Shown in pieces: positions 18,001 to 25,300 of a stretch of 52,106 nt of DNA. The stretch lies in the IMG/VR virus record IMGVR_UViG_3300020042_009327, positions 1 to 52,106 of that record; one strand, given 5' to 3'. This DNA comes from a virus. Its lineage: Duplodnaviria; Caudoviricetes. A program made the translations under genes and the position numbers. Each line of letters opens with the position of its first letter. Position 1 is the first letter of the stretch. The notes below the pieces were generated by a model, which was not told where the DNA came from, made no database searches, and was given only the letters and a program-made list of their open reading frames with translations.

Positions 18001-18072
18001 GTTTTCTAAAGCAGCTGCTTCAATATCTTCTTGTGTAAAAATATCTCCTAATTTGTTTGTATAATTAGCCAT
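9058..18072 (-). CDS. Giant polyvalent (probably virion-ejected) protein with zincin, sigma-r2-like and PD-(D/E)xK domains
   Basis: 3004 aa; HEFLH...NEE zincin motif, KFDPSKNDSLYGY, PDIVI...IEIKK; last gene of the tail/ejection block. Confidence 0.75.
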   Translation of the reverse strand: MANYTNKLGDIFTQEDIEAAALENEVDIDTIISSNELTMDGEKPGKPQGATAKKPVVAPKKRKSVLPSGNTSSGWNTKAQPKFGVEAITETFQIKKKAQEKKSPTKKVEEPDFNAAGLRLAAQKGEADPNAVPGSFGYPTFKAAKEKEAKNALAKEEEKIAFDARMSGLALKNNDEAKKWYEDAKNAAKLTDEETLGLDEFVNLELSKNGQIERVDASQGQNKSLIAKGGFSSNVDGVVDQPYQAFPEQVKKIKDKLRSENVLNKFSEDEILQKAAGLWKVEQAKKIQESKFRDALEETTNISETAKEIVNNYTVKTKGKEELDYVKNSIFKDGIEKSIEKNISDVQKIDSKLKPKDYKFKTQEEIDTQNRLITERNNLIKDLGDLSELRNETSKKISASSKNIDDLNLQSDMFSRDYSWSGVGDKIATNFKMMANDLLGFASYTYQPTEMVYDALNIKEITGIENPFTAISTALSENKARYEEELTYNYAKPREGGIEATFEKGSDLLISQAPNLALMILTRGGSVGEQAVATTSKSLLARTGKFAKDYLTLNRQTAAMGATATGSKYLDMVNEERNGYYTEDGVFVKPNYNAMQLIVAPAAFGYVEGIFEKSTGKILEKGKGFFVNAAKKEPGKWFDFEVATGKKFAKQAGINLGEAYAEEIPSELFTTVGHNILDKFVLGKEVNLLDNTGTTIKDAGFLTTMLAGAPLIGGTIIRPFMSKTTAQKLSDNARGLAAILHELEFNKDLSSVQQEALVKKESILKAESTNLLEKTISDIDAMPVDTFNSINKSVSKIADFINKANAINESDSKSKEADLEVLKKDYIIEQTKLNTLASGIENVRTFGQPLSPISRAQLIELNSKRVEASFNPDLNKSERDTILKKIELQTKNIYKKEGVDLGEAREKEFQENLNAAKKLGESANVEVILANNLTDARTKLKNLVKQKLVTAEEANISGFKGADGGIITNDTTGKSYIVINKKQAIATKAVSVGSHEFLHKLMEKTLSNVDTQIELGKQLRNYLLSSNPELYLNEKVLIRLEGNYGDKSEGIKNEELLTIFSDALLTGNVKYNESFFTKLGDTIRRYLQDLGLIDITFDSGRDVFNFIRDYNASIQKGGTDNKAIKKLFSSAAKGKLVSEAKKGPVSPAFSKSIEERMEKLDLQLSNNEIDWDKYESEMEKLEQEEFEESKRTYEEEKKTVKKEVAKKDITKKEPTEISEAAAKTKAKLDAIGNDPKGFNPNNPAIYDELDKMVKVKSRNYRTSNGTIIDLTNKSKGGLDGFNMEEMTSFVTVSMLPYIKKFDPSKNDSLYGYINAQLANRMKAALKSGQVADVVFTEDVSEMTKLSNEEVEVKTPSLPERKRFQNILESGVFSPDVIENVQAKILPILRTLKSKVNEKTTLNKTTAPIINEIRTEIGKQADIDIKKAMGGKEDQVLQNFLITNKKTILENLTTTWLMGKDNGKTVSGGMPFAIQKRVNGKWLNYPDWVGKKIDREAVTTDLAGRTSGTELARRLPEVNKNISTEEFLSAIIDLKNGDVLRGRKESLAKALSEELAFDLISDDMANEGPLYKALEKNQEILGAELENLTVQNFDRLIERGNIKFSLSANQIGDFKTLISQAFVEMRNSNFNGITNKPSSSAYKLIKKLEELEGGEIDEVIALFDSAVKMYKKMHWKSLERFIGEVLRKKLSSSFNVINYGLSNAYLPDIVIRPKNIKGRIIPEVVIEIKKSADKNVPITSSTGNSLLTKFNKGLFGKKGTKQDPNPLYDSAEKVVNYIFGDKNNVADGKQESFLQKVVREELGITNAEVSKKAGNIKLTPEQAIELRKRFGASVKESNKLIGGKRYVKEGSTFKVSVDFAKALNKAKAKPQDAIIISDRVFDYFNGYTELDNFANTLGEYYNESDFFQWTVELQVNGNILSTRGYLNFNQDNLEKISKYIESKGNNLNVLSKNNIEKILNIKYSIQNEKAALNSLSPIKESRSISTVSDFINANNLKRIDAETSFDVLNDLNKEIENYWGIVPNDVIVKMGRAVDYAFDVIEDRENEGGPLMAAVNDALNLETIKFAEKQLNEFIENNIPKDQKTISKFSLTSKRDLKWETNFGVASTDFKVGKYTYTMYMSSIKEYGLQEDPLYNKVFKNIADDLELPLTYLVDNKNIQWFSFEEKNLGHNILNTGNAFEVLGIVTNALADYANKNNLEGIAFEAKEPSRIRLYNTLANTIGSKLGWTYNTENLNNEDKAVVFLLTPAKNNTKGTMYSKTLDFEFNDILERNTGVAAFTKVSDVVAKRTGIKKNTLSFFVPPSADDFRGLTTYMFAGKGKQGEQDQEFFDKNLTVPYVKGINTLDSVRQSIRKEYKMLLNNFPDIKKKLEKLTPDKGFTYDQAVRVYLWSSTGKEVPGLSRTDKNKLLYFVKQNPDLLAFANALSITGRQDGGWIDPSTTWDSETIISDLHNITEGAGRKKYLEEFIENADAIFTKENLNKIQSIYGTNTREALEDSLYRMKNGKNRPEGTDRVTNTWMNWINGSTAAIMFFNTRSALLQTISAINFLNWNDNNPYMAGKAFLNQKQYWADFEMIINSDKLKERRSGLKADVTQAEIANAANSAKNKFNGVISYLQKIGFTPTQAADSFSIAVSGATFYRNRVNTYLKAGNTVQEAEEKAFNDFSIITDQSMQSADPMYVSKQQTTALGRIILAFGNTPMQYNRLIKKATLDLVNKRGDWKTNVSKIVYYGALQNILFSALQSALFIPLGYGDDEEPDTSKMTKEEKKAYEKLQKKQEDKITNMVNGMADTLLRGSGVYGAAIATVKNTIMEYFKQEEKEMFADHAYTVLALTSVSPPISSKARKLYGSIRISKFEKDVIAERGWEVTRDGKLNLAPNYRILGNVTVATTNLPLDRVVEKVNNMAEVMDSRNTKLQRGALALGWKDWELNVKNEENETIKATAKEKRKEEGIEKAIETRAENKKLEKEKYRAMSVGEKAAYRKEIKEEKRKQKFLKRKRKRKMG

Positions 18073-18086
18073 ATAGTATTATTTAA

Positions 18087-19493
18087 TTATTTTTTTACTG
18101 TTAAAACTCCATTTGCTGGTAAACCTAAATATATTCTAGCTTCTTTTAAAGTTAAAGGCTTTTCACTAATCTTATCCTCATCTTCATCAACTTTATATAG
18201 TTTGCCATCGCTTCCTACTTTTACTCTGTTAGAACCGCTTGCAGCATCAAATAGAGAGCCAGGTGAGTTATAACTACCGTTTAGATTTTCACTTAATATT
18301 TCTTTTGATGTTTTTTCCTTTGTTTTTTGTGTAGTTGTACCACCTTTTCCACCACCTGTTTTAACAGCTTCTGTTTTTCTAGTTTCTTCTATAACTCTTT
18401 CAGGCGATTGATCGTCTTCTGTTTTAGGTATAGTTTTAATTAAAGCATCTGCAATAAAATCTCTAACTTTCTGAGTGCGTTCAGGTGATAAATCAGTATA
18501 TAAATCCACAAGATCATCTCCGTTACCAACTACATAATGATTATAAATAGCTTGAATACTACCTTCTTTAGCTAAACCAGCTACAGCCGCATCAATTTGC
18601 ATAGATAAAGCAGCTTTTACTTTTTCAGCATCTGGTTCCAAATAATTCTTTTTAATAACTGTATAAACGTCCTTATCAGCTTTATTATTTGTTACAGTAG
18701 ATTTGTTTACTTCCTTCTTAGTTTGCTCCACAGAAGTGGTATAATCTCTTAATAAATTACCTTTGCCATCAAACACACTTGGATTACTTTTCATTAAATT
18801 TTCAAGAACACCAGTCATTGGTTTTATTGTTTTTAATCCTCCTCCTTCATCTAACATCTTATTTATTTGATCACTACTTTTCCAATCTGTTAGTTCCGTA
18901 TATCCAAAAGGTTCATTCTCACCTTCGTTCATCATACCACTATAAAATTTTACTTTTGGCTTGTAATTGTTTTCAAAGTCATAGTCTAGCTCTATTTTTC
19001 CTGGAGCTAAATTAGAAGCAACCGCTATAGAATGCATAAGTGATGGATCATTTTGAGGAGATAATCCACCGGACATTCCCATGCTAGATACCCCTTTAGC
19101 ATAACCCTCACCTAAAGACCCTAAGTTCTGTATTAATCCTTGAGTTTCTTCAATAGCTGCTAATATGTTTTGTTCTTTTAAACGATCTTGTGCTACATTT
19201 TTACTTCTGCCGAACTCTATATCATTTTGTATTCTTTCGTATTCAACAAGCAGTGGTTCGCATGCTGCTTGTACATTTATAGATGGGTTTAATTTTTGTG
19301 CTTTATTAGCAAATGATCTAGCTTTTGCTACATTTATGTCAATGCCTTCCTTAAGCTTTTTATTTTTTTTACCGATCTCAACAAAAGCATTGGTCATTTG
19401 TCTAGAAGTAGCATTTATGTTTTCTTGTAAATCTCTCCAATGTTGTCCTGATTGTGTATCTACTAATACTTGTGGATTTGAGTACGCTCCCAT
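18087..19493 (-). CDS. Putative internal virion/ejection protein
   Basis: 468 aa, helical N-terminus; position between the small ejection protein and the giant protein. Confidence 0.55.
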   Translation of the reverse strand: MGAYSNPQVLVDTQSGQHWRDLQENINATSRQMTNAFVEIGKKNKKLKEGIDINVAKARSFANKAQKLNPSINVQAACEPLLVEYERIQNDIEFGRSKNVAQDRLKEQNILAAIEETQGLIQNLGSLGEGYAKGVSSMGMSGGLSPQNDPSLMHSIAVASNLAPGKIELDYDFENNYKPKVKFYSGMMNEGENEPFGYTELTDWKSSDQINKMLDEGGGLKTIKPMTGVLENLMKSNPSVFDGKGNLLRDYTTSVEQTKKEVNKSTVTNNKADKDVYTVIKKNYLEPDAEKVKAALSMQIDAAVAGLAKEGSIQAIYNHYVVGNGDDLVDLYTDLSPERTQKVRDFIADALIKTIPKTEDDQSPERVIEETRKTEAVKTGGGKGGTTTQKTKEKTSKEILSENLNGSYNSPGSLFDAASGSNRVKVGSDGKLYKVDEDEDKISEKPLTLKEARIYLGLPANGVLTVKK

Positions 19494-19514
19494 ATATTTC
19501 TATTAATTATTTTA

Positions 19515-20261
19515 TTATCCTACTTTAGGCATCCCTGCCTTTGCTGTTACAAAATTACCTAAAGAGCCACTTATTCCACTAATCATTCCGGTTAAAGCTC
19601 CTGTTCTATCTGCTTGTGCCTGCATTTGCCTAGCTTGCGCTCCATCTAATTGACCAGCAACCCTATCTATCTTTTGTTGTTCCCTATTTTCTTGAGCACC
19701 AAACATAAATGATTTGCCTGCCGCTTCTGCAGATTGTACACGTCTGGCTTCATCTAGTTGTACACCTTGCACTCTTTGCTTCTCTTGCATTTTAGCCTCT
19801 TGTAAATTTGCTTCTCCTTGTGCTTTCATTTTTTCATTGTTAGCTTCTTGAGATTCAATATTAGAAGATATACCTTGCTTAGCTTTTAATGCAGCTTGAG
19901 CTAAAGCCGTTGCTCCTCCTGCTCCCGCTCCTGTATCTTTCAATGTGTCCAATGTGTTTGCTAATGAAACATCAATTTGCTCCGCTTCGAACTTAGCCGC
20001 GTTTGTAGCAACTCCTAAGTTAGCGAATGGATTACTTAATGTACCAGATAAATCCTTCGCAATACTACTCATATCTTTAGTAGTCTCATAAGGATTAATG
20101 ATAGCTTGTCTGCTGTTTTCTAAGCTTATAAGTTCTGCTCCTAGTCTAGCCTTTTCGGCATTAGCAGCTCTTTCTCTTTTCTTGGCCTGCGCACCACCGA
20201 TTAGTCCACCTATAACAGATGCCCCAACGCTGCCTAGCATTCCTGCAACAACCATACTCAT
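19515..20261 (-). CDS. Putative DNA ejection/pilot protein
   Basis: Gly/Ala-rich hydrophobic termini and A/Q-rich coiled coil, typical of podovirus ejection proteins. Confidence 0.6.
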   Translation of the reverse strand: MSMVVAGMLGSVGASVIGGLIGGAQAKKRERAANAEKARLGAELISLENSRQAIINPYETTKDMSSIAKDLSGTLSNPFANLGVATNAAKFEAEQIDVSLANTLDTLKDTGAGAGGATALAQAALKAKQGISSNIESQEANNEKMKAQGEANLQEAKMQEKQRVQGVQLDEARRVQSAEAAGKSFMFGAQENREQQKIDRVAGQLDGAQARQMQAQADRTGALTGMISGISGSLGNFVTAKAGMPKVG

Positions 20262-20264
20262 ATA

Positions 20265-20738
20265 TTATTCTTTTAATAGTTTATATTCATCATATTCTTT
20301 GTAAGATGTACACGCTAGAATATTTTCTAACTCATCTGTATCAGTTATATTATCTGGATTTGGATGTACATTAACAAATATAGAATCCTCCTCAGCATAT
20401 ATAACTCTTTTTGTACCAGCAGGTGCATTAACATAACAAGGTGCTACGTAATGGTTTGATCCTTCATCTGTTGATATTAATAATTCACCTTTCAATAAAA
20501 ACCACGTATGGGAGAATTTATGAAGTTTACCAATAACAAAGCTACCTTTCTCCATAAACATCTCCCGTATGTATACACCGTGTGAAAATGAATGCTTTAA
20601 TGGAAACAAATCTGTATTACCCTTAGCTACATTGGGATCGTTCATTGCTAGCAACGTTTGCTCTAAATGTTCTACCTTATCAATATAGTCTTGGCTAATT
20701 ATTCTATTCTCGGTTTTTGTTTCTAATTTGTCATTCAT
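20265..20738 (-). CDS. Cupin-fold protein
   Basis: HSFSHGVYIREM...GKLHKFSH...LLKGEL...APAGTKR, a cupin beta-barrel pattern. Confidence 0.65.
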   Translation of the reverse strand: MNDKLETKTENRIISQDYIDKVEHLEQTLLAMNDPNVAKGNTDLFPLKHSFSHGVYIREMFMEKGSFVIGKLHKFSHTWFLLKGELLISTDEGSNHYVAPCYVNAPAGTKRVIYAEEDSIFVNVHPNPDNITDTDELENILACTSYKEYDEYKLLKE

Positions 20739-20749
20739 TTAATTAAATT

Positions 20750-22279
20750 TTAGTAAGATGAATCTATGTAGTCAGAAGATACCGCAAACAGTGTTCCGCT
20801 CTTCTGTAAATCCGTATTTGAATAATTCATTCTAACCGTCGCTGTTGTTCCTTTAACGCCTGTCATTGAGTTACCCCATACAACTTCGCTATTTGAAGCA
20901 GGCGTGATATTAATAAGATTTGCAAAGTATTTATCTTCTTTTCTCTTGAATGAATTAGTAAATAATTGTAATTCTAAATCAGCAAGAGTCGTTGTATAAG
21001 ATGCTTTAGATATAGGAACTGAAATATCAGAGTCAGTGTAAAACGATAAAGTTTCCCAACCAGTACTTCCTTCATAATTTATTGTTTTAAAAGTCTTAAC
21101 TAAAGATACATCAGGGTTAAATATAACCTCAACTGATGAATCATAAGTAACACCGTAGAATCTACCCCATCCACTATTACCTGGTGAATAGTGTTTCCAT
21201 ATTTCTCCGTTCTTAAATGTGTAAAAGTTATTTCTTAAACTTCCACCCCAGTTTGGTTTAAAATCAAAGAAACTTGTCCAACCAGCAACGTCTTCGTCGA
21301 ATGCCAATGTTTTGTACGTTCCATTAATGGGTTGCATAGATAAAACATATTCTTTATTATGCATGTCCCACATACCTAAGATAAATCCATCATTACCAAT
21401 TTCAGAAAGATTATCTCTAAAGAAATCACCCATTCCGTATTCTGATATTTCAGATATACCATCTTGTGACAATCTTAATACTACATTTCTATTTCTATCA
21501 ACAAAGTATTTACGGAAGCCATAAACAGCAAAACTTTCAGGATTAGTACCAATACCATAGTTACCAGCATACGCTTGAATCTGACCGATTACTTGAGCTC
21601 CAGATGTTGTCATTGGTTGTCCTTCTGCTGAGTAAATAGCATCTTTATCTATTAGAGCTTGATTAACTTTAAATTCTTGAAATACAATTAAGTTTGTATC
21701 TTCTGAATATAATTTTTGAATAGAACCATTTGCTGGATCTAAACTTCTTGTTATATCTTCACCAACAGAAAATTCATTGGTTTTATTTACCCCAGTTCTT
21801 GAGTTAAATACTCCTGAGTATATTAAAGAGTTTTGTCTATGCTGCTGGTTAATATTATCTTCAACAATGTAGGCTTTAACTCCTAAGTCTACATTCGTAT
21901 TATTATATCCCCCTCTAATTCTTGCTTCTTCCACATACCAATCCGTTAAAGGAGATGAATCATAAGCTGCTGGGACATAAGTAAAATCTGTTATAGGACC
22001 AAATGTTAATACTTCCGCATCATCAATATCTACCACTTCACTCAATATAAATTCAGTAGCACTTGTTTTTTTGTATATATAAGGATTAGGAACTAGTGCT
22101 CCGTCCCAACTAACTGTTTGACCAACTCCTATATTTTCGTTAGCTTCCGTTATAATTATAGTAGCAGAATCCACAACAGCAGACTCTAATTCCGCTGTTG
22201 TATTTTCTACTTCTACTATCGTATCTAACTTCTTTAACCAAAAGGAGTTAAAGTATTTTAATTCTAATATTGCCGCCAT
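20750..22279 (-). CDS. Tail stabilization/nozzle protein, C-terminal part (P22 gp10/crAss muzzle-like)
   Basis: GSIQKL, YGIGTNPESFA, YFVD, GWTSFFDF, KTFKTINYEG beta-propeller-like motifs. Confidence 0.7.
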   Translation of the reverse strand: MAAILELKYFNSFWLKKLDTIVEVENTTAELESAVVDSATIIITEANENIGVGQTVSWDGALVPNPYIYKKTSATEFILSEVVDIDDAEVLTFGPITDFTYVPAAYDSSPLTDWYVEEARIRGGYNNTNVDLGVKAYIVEDNINQQHRQNSLIYSGVFNSRTGVNKTNEFSVGEDITRSLDPANGSIQKLYSEDTNLIVFQEFKVNQALIDKDAIYSAEGQPMTTSGAQVIGQIQAYAGNYGIGTNPESFAVYGFRKYFVDRNRNVVLRLSQDGISEISEYGMGDFFRDNLSEIGNDGFILGMWDMHNKEYVLSMQPINGTYKTLAFDEDVAGWTSFFDFKPNWGGSLRNNFYTFKNGEIWKHYSPGNSGWGRFYGVTYDSSVEVIFNPDVSLVKTFKTINYEGSTGWETLSFYTDSDISVPISKASYTTTLADLELQLFTNSFKRKEDKYFANLINITPASNSEVVWGNSMTGVKGTTATVRMNYSNTDLQKSGTLFAVSSDYIDSSY

Positions 22280-22284
22280 AAGTT

Positions 22285-22314
22285 ATATAATCACATGTTT
22301 TTCGTTTTTTTTAG
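22285..22314 (-). promoter_or_regulatory. Putative phage-sigma promoter, copy 2 (CTAAAA...ATGTGATTATAT)
   Basis: Same bipartite motif and spacing as copy 1, directly upstream of ATG 22279. Confidence 0.5.
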
Positions 22315-22343
22315 TTTAATTATAGTATTTTACGTTAATAAAA

Positions 22344-25300
22344 CTATGGAGCTTCATAATACACATTATAACTATAATTTGCAATAGGCAATGGCCCTGA
22401 ATTAGCACTATTTTGTCCAACCCAAGCTGTTTGAGAATTTGGAGTAGGAACTATTTGTTCTATTATTTCCCCGTCAGCATCAAATTTAGCACAATAAAAA
22501 GGGGTTGCAGTATATTTTCCCGTTGCATATGGATCATAATTTTTTGTTGTTCTAAATACATAAAATCTATTGGCAACAGGCGGAATCCATTTTTGTGTAA
22601 AATTAGTATCTGTATAAAATCTTTTTATTTCAGTACCTTCTATCGTATTTGCATATAATGCTCCTATACTATCATTACCCGATTCTGTTTCAATATTCAA
22701 ATTACCCCCTATTAAACTTCCTGGCGTACCTGCAAATGGGCTAATTAATTGTAAAGCAATTTTATTTGGATTGCCATCAACATTTATTGCAGCAATATAT
22801 CCTGTAAAACTACTCACAGAAGAAGAATTAAATGTATAAAATAAACCTGGAGCAATTTGGTTATTGGTACTTGTTAGAATGACTTCTGTTGTAGAATTTC
22901 CTATACCAATTGTTCCCGATGTTATACCATTTACTGGTGAATTATATTCTAATCCTAATGTAGCATCTTGTGTTTCATAAGGAACTCCAGATGGATAATT
23001 TCCAACATATTCTTCTACTCCTGTATAATATGTGTAGTCATTTGTTAGTGGTATTAAAAGTCCAGGTAACGTTTGTGTATAAGAATAATTTGCATCTTCA
23101 CCATAAAATCTAGCAATAGGATATGTGCCTTGTGTATTTGTAAGTACATTTATTATTTTTACACCAATAGCATACTCATATAGTGTAGGCTCTGCCTCAA
23201 TAGTAAAAGAAGTTGTTAATGCTTGTTCTTGGCCGTACACAATAGTCCCCCCATCGTCGAATGTCGTAACAACTAAAGGTCCTATTTTATAAGCAGGATT
23301 TCCAAAGTTATTTTCATTATTGGCTTGTGTCCAAGCTGTTGGCGTACCTGAAATATACGGTCTTTTATATAAATATATTTCCGCTTCAGCTCTTATTGTA
23401 GCAATACCTAAGGTAGGATTGCAAAGTTCTGGAGCAGGCACATCTAATTTTATTTTAACTCTATATTCTCCTTCTCTTAAACCTGTTGGTATTATAGGTC
23501 CTTCACCAAAATCAGTTGCGTTTTTAACTTCTACGTTTTCAACAAACTGGTATATACCGCCAGATCCAGGAATTGTTGGCATATAAGCATCAGTTGGTGA
23601 ATCATTAGGTCCTATATAAATCATACCATAAGGGTCAGTTCCACCACCGCAGGTGGTTTGTCCGTTTATAGCAAGAGTGCTTTCGTATTCAGGCCTTAAC
23701 CAAAACGGCACAGGTTCATCTCCAACGTTTACACTTAAAGTAATAGTATCAGATTTAGTACCAAAAGTTGTTCCTTCAACTGGTAAAATTTCACCAGTAG
23801 ACGTATTAACAGCATCTTGTACTTTTATTACTAAGTTATATATGCCTAAAGGCACTTGATCGTCTATTAATTCTAATAAGCCACTGTATTCGCCTATTTG
23901 GAAGTAAGAACCAGGATCGCCACTATCTATAGTCCATTTTAAACCCGTAATAAAAGGCGGAATAACAGGGAGTGGAGGAGTAGGTGTTAAATCATAAAAA
24001 GCTCCATTGTTCGCTTCTAATGTTACAAAACTAGTTGTATTTTGTGTTATATTATAATTTTCTTCTGTTGTTGTTATAACGGGTGCATTATTACCTAGTT
24101 TACCATTTATAGTTAATGTTGATGAAATAGGTTGTTCTGGATCAGAAAAATCAACTACATTAAATGTAAAAGCATAAGATTCCTTTATAGCAGCATTGTT
24201 ATTAAATACAAATGTAGATGTTGGTGTTATAAACAATCTATACAAATTATTCGTACCATCATTAGTTGCTTCTATTCCAAAATCACCTAATCTACTAACA
24301 CCACTTCCATCAAAAATTGTATCAATAGTAACTGTTGTATTTGATATAATAGTACCGTTTTGATTTAAAACATAAAATTCATCAGTTATGTATTTTGAAT
24401 CTTCCTCTCCCTTAACATCACTGTTTCCATTAGGATTTTGCCATTCAAAATGAGTATAATTAACACCCCCAAAACTTACAGGACCATTAAAACCAGTTAA
24501 TACATCTGCGTTCAAATCAGATATTAGTCCTGTAGTTGCTGTTTCCCAAAACAATTCTAATAGACTTTGCTCAGGTCTTGTTTCATATACGCTTAAAAAA
24601 GGAATCATATCAGAAGCTATAACTCCAATCTCATTTACCGTAGAAACCCTGCCTATTAAAGGTTTTGTTTGTAATTGGTAAAAATTCAATCCAGCCGTGC
24701 CACTTAAATTATCTTCAGAACTATCTAAAAAATTAAACTCATCAGCTGAAGCAATTGATGTAACGGTATCTGCTTTTCTAGTTGGAAAATACTGCACGTT
24801 TTCTGCTCGTGTAATTATAAAAGTAACATAAGGATCTCCACTTGGTTGATTTGCTAACCCAGTTAATATCCAGTTTGGAGAAGATATTGTTATAGTACCT
24901 GTGGTACCAACAATTTCGTTAGAAACAACAACAGTATTGCCTAACCATCTATATGGACTTGGTTTTGTTCCTCCTAAAGGTGGATCATTAGGCACGGGGG
25001 CGTTGGCTTCTACACATTGTATTCCGTCCCCTGGTTTTATTAATACCCAATCTTCATTTAAGCCTGGTCCAACAGTATAATTTATTACTGTTACTTTAGC
25101 AGAATAATCAGGATCATCACCTATTATTTCTAATGTAGCATTAGTATTTTCTACTCTACCATACAGTTGTACACTACTCCTATATTGCTTTTGGTCAGGG
25201 CCAACTTCTGATAAATCTCTTGGTACTTTATTAATATTATCATTAATTAATACAATGTGAGCTGTATTGCCCGTTTCACTAACCGGAAATTGAGTTGTAT

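Noticed and set aside
9058-18072. crAss-type virion RNA polymerase
   Set aside because: No DxDxD catalytic motif seen in the translation; the detectable motifs are zincin, sigma-like and nuclease
9185-19506. Many short + strand ORFs inside the giant and ejection genes
   Set aside because: S/F/L-rich antisense shadows of K/E-rich genes, without leaders
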